Origin: Clostridia bacterium
GTDB lineage: Bacteria; Bacillota; Clostridia; TANB77; CAG-508
Assembly: GCA_900753245.1 (NCBI GenBank)
Contig: CAADYJ010000028.1
Span: forward strand, 854 to 64,853
Length of the DNA: 64,000 nucleotides
Direction of reading: 5' to 3'
The translations under genes and the position numbers were made by a program. The first letter of the stretch is position 1. Every line of letters starts with the position of its first letter. Below are positions 20,731-31,551 of the stretch, one piece after another. The notes below the pieces were generated by a model. That model was not told the origin of the DNA. It worked only from the letters and a program-made list of their open reading frames with translations, and searched no databases.

Positions 20731-21228
20731 GTGAATAGTAAAAGAGAAAATTATATTAGTTGGGATGAATATTTTATGGCTATTGCAAAATTATCTGCAA
20801 TGAGAAGTAAAGACCCTTCAACGCAAGTAGGAGCATGCATAGTAAGTAGTGATAATCGTATTTTATCAATAGGTTATAACGGAGCTCCAAATGGCTTTGA
20901 AGATGATAAATTTCCTTGGGGAAGAGAAGGAGAAAATTTAAATACAAAATATCCATATGTATGTCATGCAGAAATGAATGCTATTTTAAACTATAGAGGA
21001 AGTAAAAAAGATTTAGAAAGCTCAAAAATATATGTAGATTTATTTCCTTGCAATGAATGTGCTAAAATAATAATTCAATCAGGAATAAAAGAAGTTATAT
21101 ATTTATCTGATAAATATGCTAATTCTGAAAATAATATTGCTTCTAGAAAATTGTTTGATGAATGTGGTGTTAATTACAAAAAAATAGAAATAAAAGATGA
21201 AAAAGAAATAAAGATAGAATTAAAATAA
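20731..21228 (+). CDS. comEB: dCMP deaminase (ComEB family)
   Basis: 165-aa ORF with CHAEMNAI and PCNECAK zinc motifs. GTG start with a GGAGG RBS. Confidence 0.88.
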   Translation: MNSKRENYISWDEYFMAIAKLSAMRSKDPSTQVGACIVSSDNRILSIGYNGAPNGFEDDKFPWGREGENLNTKYPYVCHAEMNAILNYRGSKKDLESSKIYVDLFPCNECAKIIIQSGIKEVIYLSDKYANSENNIASRKLFDECGVNYKKIEIKDEKEIKIELK

Positions 21229-21251
21229 GTCATAGGCTTAAAGCCTGTGAC
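21229..21251. terminator. hairpin between convergent comEB and mutS2
   Basis: GTCATAGGCTT / AAGCCTGTGAC stem. Confidence 0.6.
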
Positions 21252-23708
21252 TTATTTCAATTCAACGATAGTAACACCCATTTCGCCTTCTCCAAAAGTA
21301 CCAAGTCTAAAACTCTTTACATGAGGATTTTTTCTTAAAAATGAATGAATACCTTCTCTTAATTTTCCGGTTCCTTTCCCATGCACAATGCGAATAGGAC
21401 TAAGTTTAGCAATAGAACAATCATCAAGATATTTATCTATAACGAAACATGCTTCTTCAATATTTTGCCCTATAACATTTATTTCGGAAGAGATATTTTT
21501 AGATTTAAAAGAAGAAACGGAAGAAATATTTTTATTATTTGAAATGTTTTTATTAAAGTCTTTTTCTTCTTTTACAATTTCTACAATAGAATTTATTTTT
21601 ATATTCATTTTTGCACTGCCTATTTGTACTTGTACTTGATTTCCTTTATTAGGGATAGATATTATTCTTCCTATATCAGAAAAACCAGAAATTCTTATGT
21701 TAGTACCAATTGATAAGTTATCTTTAGTAATAGAAGTGTTTATATTGCTATTTTTATTTATTAAAGAGTTTTGCTTTAAAGAATTATTTAAAGAATTTCT
21801 TAAATTATTAGCTTTCTTTAAAGAATCCTTTTTAAAATGAATTCTAACAAAAGAAGCTATTTCTTCATCAGATAATTTTGAAATGTCTAAAGAATCTAGG
21901 TCTTTCCAATTATTGTATAGAGAGTTTAATTCTTTAATTATTTCATTTGCATCATCTTTAGCAGAAAGTAGTATATTGGAAGCTTCTATTCTAGATTTTT
22001 CTATTTTTGAATCTTTAATATTCTTCTGAGAAATTTTTTCTTGTTCTAAAGATTTTCTTAAAGCCTCAATCTGATTTAAGTTCTTGCTAATTTCTTCTTT
22101 TTGGCTTTCTATTAAAATTTTATCATCATATATGTTTTTTAATAATTCTTCTATATTAATATCATCACTCTTTAAAAGTGATTTTGCTCTATTTAATATA
22201 TTTTCTGGAAGACCTAATTTTTTACTAATTGCAAAAGCATTACTTTTACCAGGAATACCAATTAATAGTTTATAAGTAGGCTTCAAATTTTCTATATCAA
22301 AATCAGAACTTGCATTTTCAAAACCTTCTGTTACTAAAGCATAATTTTTAATTTCTTGGTAGTGAGTAGTTGCAAGAGTTATACAGCCTAATTTGTTAAA
22401 ATATTCTAATATGCTCACAGCTAGATTACTACCTTCTATAGGATCTGTACCAGAACCTAATTCATCAACCAAAACAAGGCTATTTGAAGTAACATTTTTT
22501 ATTATATTTATTATATTTACCATATGAGCAGAAAAAGTACTTAAAGATTCTTGAATGCTTTGTTCATCCCCAATATCTGCAAAGATAGAATCAAATATAT
22601 ATATAGAACTTTTCTCTCCAGCAGGAATAAATAATCCACTATATGCCATTAAAAGCAATAAACCAGTAGTTTTTAAACATACTGTTTTTCCACCTGTATT
22701 TGGACCCGTTATAATTAAAGAAGAATAATCTTTTCCAATTAAAATATCTATAGGAACTACCGAATCTTTATTAATTAAAGGATGTCTAGCACTAAGTAAA
22801 GAAATTTGCTTAGAATCGTTTATATTAGGACATATACCATTTATTTCTTTCGCAAAATTTGCTTTAGCAAAAGAAAAATCAATTTTTCCTATAAAATAAA
22901 TATCATTTTTTAATTCTGAAATATAAGGTATTAAATTTTTAGATAAATTTTCTAATATATTTTCAATTTCAATATTTTCTTCTATTTTTAAAGAGTGAAT
23001 TTTATTATTTAATTCAAAAACTTGCATAGGTTCAATAAATAATGTTGAACCACTTGCAGAAATATCATGTACAAAACCTTTTACTAAAGAACGGTACTCT
23101 TCCTTTACGGGTATTACATATCTATCATTTCTAATTGTAACAATAGATTCCATTATATATTTAGAATAAGAAGAGTGTAACATTTTATTTAATGTTTCTT
23201 TAATATCTGTTTCTAAATTTCTTCTATTCCTTCTTAAAGAAGATAATTTTTTAGAAGCATTATCAGATATAGTATTTTCATCTACAATAGAACTGAATAT
23301 AGATTCTTCGATAGAGGTATTAGTGTATAAAGAAGAAAAATAAGAATCCATTATAGGAAATTCAGCAGTAGGAAAATTATCATCATTAAAAAAGTAATGC
23401 TTTAATTCTTTTGAAAGTTTTAAAACATTAGCAATATTTAATAAAGCTTTTGCCGATAAACTACGATTACTTTCTAAATTTTTTATATCTATAGAAATAT
23501 CATTTATTTCGAAAACAGGAATAGAACCTTTTCTTTCTAATAAATAGAGAGCTTCTTTAGTTTCATTTAACATTGAAATAATTTTATCTTTATTAAAACA
23601 AGGTTTTAAATTTTCGGCAATATTTTTTGATAAATAAGTATTACAATAGTTTAAAATATATTCAATTATTTTGTTATATTCTAATTTTTCTAAACAATGA
23701 GAATTCAT
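21252..23708 (-). CDS. mutS2: endonuclease MutS2
   Basis: Walker A GPNTGGKT, MutS domain V and a C-terminal Smr domain (RIVHGKGTGKLR). I start it at MNSHCLEKLEY (23708, AAAGGA RBS); the 46 codons upstream in the ORF track are hydrophobic junk. Confidence 0.93.
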   Translation of the reverse strand: MNSHCLEKLEYNKIIEYILNYCNTYLSKNIAENLKPCFNKDKIISMLNETKEALYLLERKGSIPVFEINDISIDIKNLESNRSLSAKALLNIANVLKLSKELKHYFFNDDNFPTAEFPIMDSYFSSLYTNTSIEESIFSSIVDENTISDNASKKLSSLRRNRRNLETDIKETLNKMLHSSYSKYIMESIVTIRNDRYVIPVKEEYRSLVKGFVHDISASGSTLFIEPMQVFELNNKIHSLKIEENIEIENILENLSKNLIPYISELKNDIYFIGKIDFSFAKANFAKEINGICPNINDSKQISLLSARHPLINKDSVVPIDILIGKDYSSLIITGPNTGGKTVCLKTTGLLLLMAYSGLFIPAGEKSSIYIFDSIFADIGDEQSIQESLSTFSAHMVNIINIIKNVTSNSLVLVDELGSGTDPIEGSNLAVSILEYFNKLGCITLATTHYQEIKNYALVTEGFENASSDFDIENLKPTYKLLIGIPGKSNAFAISKKLGLPENILNRAKSLLKSDDINIEELLKNIYDDKILIESQKEEISKNLNQIEALRKSLEQEKISQKNIKDSKIEKSRIEASNILLSAKDDANEIIKELNSLYNNWKDLDSLDISKLSDEEIASFVRIHFKKDSLKKANNLRNSLNNSLKQNSLINKNSNINTSITKDNLSIGTNIRISGFSDIGRIISIPNKGNQVQVQIGSAKMNIKINSIVEIVKEEKDFNKNISNNKNISSVSSFKSKNISSEINVIGQNIEEACFVIDKYLDDCSIAKLSPIRIVHGKGTGKLREGIHSFLRKNPHVKSFRLGTFGEGEMGVTIVELK

Positions 23709-23854
23709 AAAAAAGTCCTTTCTTTTATTAAATATGATATTATTATAGCATAAAATTACTAATTTGAATAGAAGGAAAAAGATATTATTACAAAAATATG
23801 ACAACACAAAAATGTACGGAAATAGATAAAAGAAGACAAAAAACAATTAAAGTA

Positions 23855-23883
23855 TTGACATTTGAATATAAATAGTATATACT
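23855..23883 (+). promoter_or_regulatory. candidate sigma-A promoter of the S10 operon
   Basis: TTGACA, 17 nt, TATACT. Consensus -35 with exact spacing. Confidence 0.5.
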
Positions 23884-24127
23884 ATAAGAGCATGTAAAAA
23901 AGCGATGAAGTAGAATGTGGCTACATCCTAACAATGCGTAGGGTGGAGGGAACTTCTATGGAGTATGTCATGGCTTAGACCAGGCGGTAAGTTTTATAAA
24001 ATAATAAAAGCACTTATCCCAAGATTTATCATGCAATCATTGGGTTTTATATTGGTAATAAAAGAAACACCAGGGTGCGTTTAAAACTTCCGACCAACAA
24101 TTTAATTTTTAAGGAGGGAAATTGAAA
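23884..24127 (+). promoter_or_regulatory. long 5' leader of the S10 operon
   Basis: About 240 nt between the promoter and rpsJ, visibly more GC-rich than other spacers (GTAGGGTGGAGGGAAC, CCAGGCGGTAAG, CACCAGGGTGCG). No fold was resolved. Confidence 0.3.
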
Positions 24128-24454
24128 ATGGCAACATCAAACAAAGTAGGAAGTGAGAAAATGAGAATAAGATTAAAAGCTTATGATTCTCAACTATTAG
24201 AAAAGTCTGCTGAACAAATAGTAGAAACTGCTAAAAGAACAGGATCAAAAGTTTCAGGACCTATTCCATTACCAACACAAAAAGAAATCGTTACAATCTT
24301 ACGTTCTCCACACAAACACAAAGACTCAAGAGAGCAATTTGAAATGAGAACACATAAAAGATTAATAGATATTCTTTATCCAACACAAAAAACAGTTGAT
24401 AGTTTAATGAAAATTGATTTACCAGCTGGTGTTGATATCGAAATTAAATTATAG
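24128..24454 (+). CDS. rpsJ: 30S ribosomal protein S10
   Basis: Contains [13 protein letters not shown]...; GGAGGG RBS before the ATG at 24128. Confidence 0.95.
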   Translation: MATSNKVGSEKMRIRLKAYDSQLLEKSAEQIVETAKRTGSKVSGPIPLPTQKEIVTILRSPHKHKDSREQFEMRTHKRLIDILYPTQKTVDSLMKIDLPAGVDIEIKL

Positions 24455-24649
24455 TAACAGAACTAAAATTTTAATTAATGCAGAAAGTTGAAAAAAGCTT
24501 AAAGAAACAAAATAAATTTTAAACTTTTTAAATTTTCAAAACCAAGCTGATAACAATCAAATGTTATTAGAAAAGAATTTAAAACGAAGTAATAAGTAGT
24601 TTAAAATACTTTTCAGAAAATCAGCCAATAGTTAGGAGGAAAGAAATAA

Positions 24650-25279
24650 ATGAAAAAAGCAATTATAGGAAAGAAAGTTGGAATGACACAAATATTTGAC
24701 GAAACAGGAAAAGTTATTCCAGTAACAGCTATAGAAGTTGGACCTTGTACAGTAGCACAAGTAAAAACAGTAGAATCTGATGGATACAATGCTATCCAAT
24801 TAGGATTTGGAGATGTAAAAGAAAGCAAAGTAAACAAACCAGAAAAAGGACACTTTGCAAAAGCAAATTTAAAAGCTAAAAAACATTTAAGAGAATTCAG
24901 AGTAGACGAAGTAGAAAGTTATAAAGTAGGAGACGAAATAAAAGCAGATACTTTCGAAAAAGGAGACAAAATTGATGTTCAAGGTACATCAAAAGGAAAA
25001 GGATTCCAAGGTGTTATCAAAAGACATGGACAAAGTCGTGGACCAATGGGACATGGTTCTATGTATCATAGAAGACCAGGTTCAATGGGACCAACATCAA
25101 CTCCAGGTAGAGTTTTCAAAGGTAAAAAATTACCAGGACATATGGGAGTTCAAACAGTTACAATACAAAACTTAGATGTAGTAGCTGTAGACGTTGATAA
25201 AAACGTAATATTAGTAAAAGGTAGTGTACCAGGAGTTAAAGGTGCTATCTTAAAAATAAAAACAAGTGTAAAAGCATAA
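24650..25279 (+). CDS. rplC: 50S ribosomal protein L3
   Basis: [14 protein letters not shown]..., FQGVIKRHG; 209 aa. Confidence 0.97.
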   Translation: MKKAIIGKKVGMTQIFDETGKVIPVTAIEVGPCTVAQVKTVESDGYNAIQLGFGDVKESKVNKPEKGHFAKANLKAKKHLREFRVDEVESYKVGDEIKADTFEKGDKIDVQGTSKGKGFQGVIKRHGQSRGPMGHGSMYHRRPGSMGPTSTPGRVFKGKKLPGHMGVQTVTIQNLDVVAVDVDKNVILVKGSVPGVKGAILKIKTSVKA

Positions 25280-25298
25280 GGAAGGAGGAGAATGAAGA

Positions 25299-25922
25299 AT
25301 GCCTAAAATAGACGTATATAATATAGAAGGAAAGAAAGTTAGCGACGTAGAGCTAGCAGAAAGCATATTTGGAATTGAACCAAACGAAGCAGTTGTACAT
25401 AGTGTATTAGTTAACTATTTAGCTAATCAAAGACAAGGTACACAAAATACAAAAACAAGAAGTGAAGTTCGCGGTGGTGGTAGAAAACCATGGAGACAAA
25501 AAGGAACAGGTAGAGCAAGACAAGGTTCTATAAGAGCTCCACAATGGATTAAAGGTGGTATAGCTTTAGGACCAAAACCACGTTCATACTATTACACAGT
25601 TAATAAGAAAGAAAGACAATTAGCTGTTAAATCAGTTTTAAGTTCAAAAGTATTAGAAAATACATTAGTAGTTGTAGATTCATTAGATATGAAAGAAATT
25701 AAAACTAAAGAAATGGTAAAAGCTTTAAACAATTTAAAAGTTGAAGGAAAAACATTAATGTTATTAGCAGAGAAAAACGAAAATGTTCAAAAATCTGCAA
25801 GAAACATTGAAGGAGTTAAAACTACATTAGTAAACACAATAAATGTATATGATTTATTAAAATACAAAAATTTAGTAATAACTCTAGATACTGTTAAAAA
25901 ATTAGAGGAGGTGTATGCATAA
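25299..25922 (+). CDS. rplD: 50S ribosomal protein L4
   Basis: [21 protein letters not shown]; 207 aa. Confidence 0.97.
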   Translation: MPKIDVYNIEGKKVSDVELAESIFGIEPNEAVVHSVLVNYLANQRQGTQNTKTRSEVRGGGRKPWRQKGTGRARQGSIRAPQWIKGGIALGPKPRSYYYTVNKKERQLAVKSVLSSKVLENTLVVVDSLDMKEIKTKEMVKALNNLKVEGKTLMLLAEKNENVQKSARNIEGVKTTLVNTINVYDLLKYKNLVITLDTVKKLEEVYA

Positions 25923-26269
25923 TGAGACCAGAAGATATAATAATTGCACCTGTTATAACAGAAAAAAGTAATGAGGCAATAGCAGAAGGTAAATATACTT
26001 TCGAAGTAAACAAAAAAGCTACAAAAGTTGATATTGCAAACGCAGTTGAAAAACTATTTGAAGTTAAAGTATTAAATGTAAATACAATTACTGTAAAAGG
26101 TAAAACAAAAAGAGTTGGAAGATATGAAGGAAAAACTTCAGATTGGAAAAAAGCTATCGTAACAATCGATACAAATCCAGAAGATAAAACATATCTTACA
26201 AAAGGCGGAAAAGCTACAAAAATGTCTAAGAAATATAAAGATTCAATAGATGAATTTATGGGAGCTTAA
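25922..26269 (+). CDS. rplW: 50S ribosomal protein L23
   Basis: PVITEKS..., YTFEV; 115 aa including a C-terminal extension. Confidence 0.93.
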   Translation: MRPEDIIIAPVITEKSNEAIAEGKYTFEVNKKATKVDIANAVEKLFEVKVLNVNTITVKGKTKRVGRYEGKTSDWKKAIVTIDTNPEDKTYLTKGGKATKMSKKYKDSIDEFMGA

Positions 26270-26401
26270 GCTGAATAAATAAAAATCAGCAGTTATTTAT
26301 TATCAAAAGTATCGAGAGATAACTCGGATAAAAAAGAATATCTGCTAATGCGGGGCAGGAAAAGAAAGCCGTAAATAAAAAGGAGAAAGAGAGGATGAAA
26401 C

Positions 26402-26515
26402 TTTCAAAAACGAGTATTGCTAGGAAAGCAAGAAGAAAAAGCCGAGACGTACGTTGGTACGTCGCAGGATTTTGAGGCGAAGCTTGACAACGCAAGACGA
26501 AGTTTTTCAAAGTTT
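26402..26515 (+). repeat. intergenic repeat element, long copy, in the rplW-rplB spacer
   Basis: Shares TTTCAAAAACGAGTATT, GACAACG and AAGTTTTTCAAAGTTT blocks with 29505-29563. Carries about 55 extra internal nt, including the perfect hairpin GACGTAC-gttg-GTACGTC (26446-26463). Confidence 0.75.
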
Positions 26516-26527
26516 CAAAAGAAAAAA

Positions 26528-27355
26528 ATGGGAATGAAACATTTTAGACCAACAACTCCATCACTAAGAAACATGACAGTTTCTACATTTGATGAAATTA
26601 CAAAGAAAACTCCTGAAAAATCTTTATTAACAGTAAAGAAAGAAAAAGCAGGAAGAAACTCATATGGTAGAATCACAGTTCGTCATCAAGGTGGAGGAAA
26701 CAGACAAAAATATAGAATAATTGATTTTAAAAGAAATAAAGATGATATGACAGCTACTGTAATTGGTATCGAATATGATCCAAACAGAAGTGCAAATATC
26801 GCATTAATCGAATATGAAGATGGAACAAAATCTTATATTCTAGCACCAGTAGGATTAACAGATGGTGACAAAGTAGTATCTGGACAAAAAGTTGATATTA
26901 AACCAGGTAACTGCATGCCAATTGAATCTATACCAGTAGGTACAATGATTCATAATATCGAATTAAATCCAGGTCAAGGTGGAAAAATGGTTAGAGCAGC
27001 TGGACAATCAGCACAATTAATGGCTAAAGAAGGAAAATATGCTCACGTAAGACTTCCATCAGGAGAAATGAGATTAGTTATGACAAGATGTAGAGCAACT
27101 ATCGGAATAGTTGGAAATACAGATCATGAAAACGTAAAATTAGGTAAAGCAGGAAGAACAAGACATATGGGTATTAGACCAACAGTTAGAGGTTCTGTAA
27201 TGAACCCATGCGATCACCCTCATGGTGGTGGTGAAGGTAGAGCTCCAGTAGGACACGCAGGACCAATGACACCTTGGGGTAAACCAGCTCTAGGATATAA
27301 GACTAGAAAGAAAAATAAAAAATCAAACAAAATGATAGTAAAGAGAAGAAAATAG
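26528..27355 (+). CDS. rplB: 50S ribosomal protein L2
   Basis: Starts [15 protein letters not shown]; [16 protein letters not shown] and HPHGGGEG motifs. The ORF-track start at 26417 is an upstream in-frame extension. Confidence 0.96.
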   Translation: MGMKHFRPTTPSLRNMTVSTFDEITKKTPEKSLLTVKKEKAGRNSYGRITVRHQGGGNRQKYRIIDFKRNKDDMTATVIGIEYDPNRSANIALIEYEDGTKSYILAPVGLTDGDKVVSGQKVDIKPGNCMPIESIPVGTMIHNIELNPGQGGKMVRAAGQSAQLMAKEGKYAHVRLPSGEMRLVMTRCRATIGIVGNTDHENVKLGKAGRTRHMGIRPTVRGSVMNPCDHPHGGGEGRAPVGHAGPMTPWGKPALGYKTRKKNKKSNKMIVKRRK

Positions 27356-27406
27356 TCAAATAAGAACTAGATTATCTTAGAAAAATAAAAAGGAGGCAAG
27401 TTAAGT

Positions 27407-27682
27407 ATGTCAAGATCAAGCAAGAAGATTCCATTCGTTGCTCCAGAATTAATGAAAAGAATTGAAGCAATGAACGAAACAGGAGCTAAAGAAGTATTGA
27501 AAACATGGTCAAGAGCTTCTACTATATACCCACAAATGGTAGGACACACAATAGCTGTTCATGATGGTAGAAAACATGTACCAGTTTATATTACAGAAGA
27601 AATGATAGGCCATAAATTAGGAGAATTTGCTCCAACAAGAACTTTTAAAGGTCATGCAGGAGAAAAAACAACTAAGAAATAA
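27407..27682 (+). CDS. rpsS: 30S ribosomal protein S19
   Basis: [11 protein letters not shown]..., [27 protein letters not shown]. Confidence 0.97.
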   Translation: MSRSSKKIPFVAPELMKRIEAMNETGAKEVLKTWSRASTIYPQMVGHTIAVHDGRKHVPVYITEEMIGHKLGEFAPTRTFKGHAGEKTTKK

Positions 27683-27693
27683 AAAATAAAAAA

Positions 27694-27784
27694 GGGATAA
27701 ATAATAGATGAGCCCAGCGTGGGACATTTCTTATCCCTTCAGGAATCACTTGGGGAAAAGATGTGTCCCCGTCAGGAACCTGAA
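27694..27784 (+). other. GC-rich nested hairpins in the rpsS-rplV spacer
   Basis: Hairpin 1: GGGATAA...TTATCCC enclosing CCCA-GCG-TGGG. Hairpin 2: TTCAGG...CCTGAA enclosing GGGGA...TCCCC. Confidence 0.6.
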
Positions 27785-27811
27785 CAAGATAGAGTTAAGG
27801 AGGAAAATAAC

Positions 27812-28180
27812 GTGGAAAAACAAGAAGTTCAAGAAGTTATCGTTCCAGAAGCAAGCGCAACACTTAAATATGCAAGAATTTCAGCAAGAAAAGTTAAAAT
27901 CGTAATAGATTTAATTAGAGGAAAAAGTGTAGATGAAGCTTTAGCAATTGTTAAATTTACACCAAAAGCTGCATCTGAGATAATAGAAAAATTATTAAAA
28001 TCAGCAATAGCAAATGCTGAAAATAACCACAATATGGCACACGAAAAACTATATGTTGCAGAAGTATATGCAAACCAAGGTCCAACATTAAAAAGAATTA
28101 GACCAGCAGCAAAAGGTTCTGCAGTAAGAATTCGTAAAAGAACAAGTCATATTACAATAGTATTAAGAGAAAGAGATTAG
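27812..28180 (+). CDS. rplV: 50S ribosomal protein L22
   Basis: GTG start 7 nt after AGGAGG; [23 protein letters not shown]...; 122 aa. Confidence 0.93.
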   Translation: MEKQEVQEVIVPEASATLKYARISARKVKIVIDLIRGKSVDEALAIVKFTPKAASEIIEKLLKSAIANAENNHNMAHEKLYVAEVYANQGPTLKRIRPAAKGSAVRIRKRTSHITIVLRERD

Positions 28181-28196
28181 AAAGGAGTCTATTACT

Positions 28197-28856
28197 ATGG
28201 GACAAAAAATGGATCCACATGGATTAAGAGTAGGTGTAATAAAAGACTGGGACTCAAAATGGTATGCAAATAAAAAAGATTTCGCAGACTACCTAGTAGA
28301 AGATCACAAAATCCGTGAGTATGTAAAGAAAAAATTATATATTAGTGGAATTTCAAAAATAGAAATTGAAAGAACTGCTAAATTTGTAAAAGTTAATGTT
28401 TACACAGCAAAACCAGGTTTAGTAATTGGAAAAGGTGGAAACTTAGCTGAAACTTTAAAAAATGAATTACAAAAAATGATTGGAAAAGAAGTTAATTTAA
28501 ATATCGTTGAAGTTAAAGATGTTGATTTAAATGCACAATTAGTTGCAGAAAACATCGCAGGTCAACTAGAAAGAAGAATTTCATTCAGAAGAGCTATGAA
28601 ACAATGTATGCAAAAAACTATGAAAGCAGGTGCTTTAGGAATTAAAACTGCAGTATCTGGAAGATTAGGTGGAGCAGACATGGCTAGAACTGAATTCTAC
28701 AAAGAAGGAACAATACCACTTCAAACTTTAAGAGCTGATATTGATTATGGATTTGCAGAAGCAGATACAACATATGGAAAAATCGGTGTAAAAGTTTGGA
28801 TATATAAAGGAGAAGTTCTTCCAACTAAGAAAAACGTGGAAGGAGGAGACAAATAA
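28197..28856 (+). CDS. rpsC: 30S ribosomal protein S3
   Basis: [13 protein letters not shown]..., KH domain; 219 aa. Confidence 0.97.
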   Translation: MGQKMDPHGLRVGVIKDWDSKWYANKKDFADYLVEDHKIREYVKKKLYISGISKIEIERTAKFVKVNVYTAKPGLVIGKGGNLAETLKNELQKMIGKEVNLNIVEVKDVDLNAQLVAENIAGQLERRISFRRAMKQCMQKTMKAGALGIKTAVSGRLGGADMARTEFYKEGTIPLQTLRADIDYGFAEADTTYGKIGVKVWIYKGEVLPTKKNVEGGDK

Positions 28857-29296
28857 TGCCATTAATGCCAAAAAGAACAAAATATAGAAAACAACAAAAA
28901 GGTAGAAATAGAGGAAAAGCAATGAGAGGTAATTTCGTTTCTGATGGAGAATACGGATTACAAACAACAGAAGCAGGTTTAATTACAACAAACCAAATAG
29001 AAGCAGCCCGTGTTGCTATGACTCGTTATATTAAAAGAGGTGGAAAGGTTTGGATAAAAATCTTCCCTGATAAACCAATAACAAAGAAACCAGCAGAAAC
29101 TCGTATGGGTAAAGGTAAAGGAGCTGTTGAATATTGGGTAGCAGCTGTTAAACCAGGAAGAGTTATGTTTGAGATAGCAGGAGTACCAGAAGAAACAGCT
29201 AGAGAAGCTTTAAGACTAGCTAGCATGAAACTATCTGTTAAGTGTAAATTTGTTAAAAAAGAAACTGAAATAGGTGGTGAAAGTGATGAAGATTAG
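28856..29296 (+). CDS. rplP: 50S ribosomal protein L16
   Basis: [15 protein letters not shown]...; the ATG overlaps the rpsC stop. Confidence 0.96.
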   Translation: MPLMPKRTKYRKQQKGRNRGKAMRGNFVSDGEYGLQTTEAGLITTNQIEAARVAMTRYIKRGGKVWIKIFPDKPITKKPAETRMGKGKGAVEYWVAAVKPGRVMFEIAGVPEETAREALRLASMKLSVKCKFVKKETEIGGESDED

Positions 29297-29486
29297 TAAA
29301 ATAAGAGAAATGTCTTCACCAGAATTAGAAAAAGAATTAGGAGAATTAAAATCTGAATTATTTAAACTAAGATTTAGTTTAGCAACAAACGGATTAGATA
29401 ATCCTATGAAAATTAAAGAAGTGAAAAAAGACATTGCAAAAATAAATACAGTATTAACTGAAAGAAAATTAGCAGAAGTAAAATAA
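29286..29486 (+). CDS. rpmC: 50S ribosomal protein L29
   Basis: [30 protein letters not shown]...; ATG at 29286 inside the longer GTG-started track ORF. Confidence 0.92.
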   Translation: MKISKIREMSSPELEKELGELKSELFKLRFSLATNGLDNPMKIKEVKKDIAKINTVLTERKLAEVK

Positions 29487-29504
29487 TCAGAAAATGTTTA
29501 AAAT

Positions 29505-29563
29505 TTTCAAAAACGAGTATTACAATGTAGTATGACAACGTAAAACCAAGTTTTTCAAAGTTT
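29505..29563 (+). repeat. intergenic repeat element, short copy, in the rpmC-rpsQ spacer
   Basis: The same three conserved blocks as 26402-26515. The ends ACTTTCAAAAAC / GTTTTTCAAAGT are imperfectly complementary. Confidence 0.75.
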
Positions 29564-29587
29564 TGACAAGAAAGGAGATTAGAAGTA

Positions 29588-29851
29588 ATGGAAGAAAGAA
29601 ATCTTCGTAGAACATATATAGGAACTGTTAAATCTAACAAAATGGATAAAACAGTTGTAGTAGCTGTAGAAACTAGTGAAAAAAATAAAACATATGGCAA
29701 AGTTCAAAAGAAAACATATACATTAAAAGCTCATGACGAAAATAATGAATGCCAAATCGGAGATAAAGTTCAAGTAATGGAAACAAGACCTTTATCAAAA
29801 GATAAAAGATTTAGAGTTGTTAAAATAGTAGAAAAGGCTATTATAAAATAA
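29588..29851 (+). CDS. rpsQ: 30S ribosomal protein S17
   Basis: [17 protein letters not shown]..., [14 protein letters not shown]. Confidence 0.96.
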   Translation: MEERNLRRTYIGTVKSNKMDKTVVVAVETSEKNKTYGKVQKKTYTLKAHDENNECQIGDKVQVMETRPLSKDKRFRVVKIVEKAIIK

Positions 29852-29920
29852 TAAGTATTAAGAAAAGGACATTTATTGTCCGCAATGAAATACCATATAG
29901 AGAAAAGGAGGAACAGCGAA

Positions 29921-30289
29921 ATGGTACAACAACAATCCATATTAAAAGTAGCTGATAACACTGGTGCAAAAGAAATTATGTGTATCAGATGTCTAGGTGG
30001 ATCTTATAGAAAATATGCTAGAATTGGAGACGTTATTGTTGCTTCTGTTAAAACAGCAACACCTGGAGGAGTTGTAAAAAAAGGTGATGTAGTTAAAGCA
30101 GTAGTAGTTAGAACTAAAAAACCAATAAGAAGAGCAGATGGATCATATGTAAGATTTGATGAAAATGCAGCAGTTATTATAAAAGAAGATAAAAATCCAA
30201 AAGGAACACGTATATTTGGACCTGTTGCAAGAGAGTTAAGAGATAAAGATTATATGAAGATATTATCATTAGCTCCAGAAGTTCTTTAA
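29921..30289 (+). CDS. rplN: 50S ribosomal protein L14
   Basis: [18 protein letters not shown]...; AGGAGG RBS; 122 aa. Confidence 0.97.
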   Translation: MVQQQSILKVADNTGAKEIMCIRCLGGSYRKYARIGDVIVASVKTATPGGVVKKGDVVKAVVVRTKKPIRRADGSYVRFDENAAVIIKEDKNPKGTRIFGPVARELRDKDYMKILSLAPEVL

Positions 30290-30367
30290 TTAAATTATAA
30301 TATTAGGGACTATATAAAATTATAAAAATAAAACCTTAAAATAAAGAAGAAGAGGTGAAATAGAAGA

Positions 30368-30676
30368 ATGAAAATAAGAAAAGGTGATAATGTTAAAGTT
30401 TTATCAGGAAATGATAAAGGAAAAACTGGAGAAGTTTTAGAAGTTATACCAAAAACTAATAAGATAGTAGTTAAAGGAATTAACATTAGAAAAAAACATG
30501 TTAAACCAAGAAAACAAGGTGAAGAAGGTGGAATAATACCAGTAGAATGTGCTATTCACTCAAGTAAAGTAAACATAGTTTGCCCTAAATGTGGAAAAGC
30601 GTCTAGAATTGGTTATTCTATAGAAAAAGACGAAAAAGTACGTGTTTGCAAGAAATGCGGAGCAAAAATAAAATAA
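30368..30676 (+). CDS. rplX: 50S ribosomal protein L24
   Basis: MKIRKGDNVKVLSGNDKGKTGEV (KOW domain), plus a C-terminal CPKCG...CKKCG zinc ribbon. Confidence 0.95.
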   Translation: MKIRKGDNVKVLSGNDKGKTGEVLEVIPKTNKIVVKGINIRKKHVKPRKQGEEGGIIPVECAIHSSKVNIVCPKCGKASRIGYSIEKDEKVRVCKKCGAKIK

Positions 30677-30712
30677 TGAACACTGATAATTGAAAGGAGG
30701 AATACATAAACC

Positions 30713-31252
30713 ATGGAAATATTAAAAGAACAATATCAAAAAGAAATAATTCCAGCATTAATGAAAAAGTTCAATTATAAATCTGTTATGGAAGTTCCAA
30801 AATTAGAAAAAATAGTAATTAATATAGGATTAGGAGATATAAAAGACAATCCAAAATCATTAGAAAATGCAATCAACGATGTAAAAATCATAACTGGTCA
30901 AACACCAATTGTGACAAAAGCTAAAAAAGCTATTGCAGCCTTCAAAATAAGAGAAGGAGTTAATATGGGATGTAAAGTTACATTAAGACAAGGAAAAATG
31001 TATGATTTCGCATACAAACTATTTAATGTAGCACTTCCAAGAGTTAGAGATTTTAGAGGAGTATCAAAAAATTCTTTTGATGGTAGAGGAAATTACACTA
31101 TGGGTATAAAAGAACAATTAATATTCCCTGAAATTGAATATGATAAGATTGATAAAGTTAGAGGTATGGATATTATATTTGTTACAACAGCTAAAACAGA
31201 CGAAGAAGCAAGAGAGTTATTAACACTTATGGGAATGCCTTTTAAAGCATAA
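30713..31252 (+). CDS. rplE: 50S ribosomal protein L5
   Basis: [34 protein letters not shown]... Confidence 0.97.
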   Translation: MEILKEQYQKEIIPALMKKFNYKSVMEVPKLEKIVINIGLGDIKDNPKSLENAINDVKIITGQTPIVTKAKKAIAAFKIREGVNMGCKVTLRQGKMYDFAYKLFNVALPRVRDFRGVSKNSFDGRGNYTMGIKEQLIFPEIEYDKIDKVRGMDIIFVTTAKTDEEARELLTLMGMPFKA

Positions 31253-31279
31253 TAAAGTAAAAAGAAAGGAGAAAAGCCA

Positions 31280-31465
31280 ATGGCTAAAAAATCTTTAAAA
31301 GTTAAGCAAGCAAGAGAACAAAAATACAAAACAAGAGAATATAACAGATGCAAAATCTGTGGAAGACCACATGCTTATATAAGAAAATACGGAATATGCC
31401 GTGTATGCTTTAGAGAATTAGCACATAAAGGTGAAATTCCTGGAGTTAAGAAAGCAAGCTGGTAA
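31280..31465 (+). CDS. rpsN: 30S ribosomal protein S14, type Z
   Basis: 61 aa with [10 protein letters not shown]...CRVCFRE zinc motif. Confidence 0.96.
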   Translation: MAKKSLKVKQAREQKYKTREYNRCKICGRPHAYIRKYGICRVCFRELAHKGEIPGVKKASW

Positions 31466-31551
31466 AATAATAAAGAGGATAAACTATTTAGTAGTTATAA
31501 AAATAGTAAAGAACATCCTCTAACGTAAAGTAAAGGAGGGAAAATATTTAA

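Noticed and set aside
24972-25175. Same-strand overlapping ORFs inside rplC (24972-25175), secY (34540-34758), trpS (55520-55744) and the rpsS-rplV spacer (27708-27905).
   Set aside because: They are out-of-frame ORFs within highly conserved genes, with no RBS and implausible composition.
26395-26475. 26-codon basic ORF ([26 protein letters not shown]) with an AGGAG RBS in the rplW-rplB spacer. It could be a small ribosomal-type peptide.
   Set aside because: It overlaps the repeat element. The second copy of that element (29505-29563) has the conserved blocks in a different frame and no equivalent ORF, so the conservation is at the nucleotide level. It stays untestable without comparative or Ribo-seq data.
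26417-26527. N-terminal extensions of track ORFs: rplB from 26417, rplV from 27719, rplN from 29876, mutS2 up to 23846, recN from 41114, and the TSCPD gene from 53299.
   Set aside because: The conserved protein N-termini and good RBSs lie at internal starts. The upstream stretches are just open intergenic sequence.
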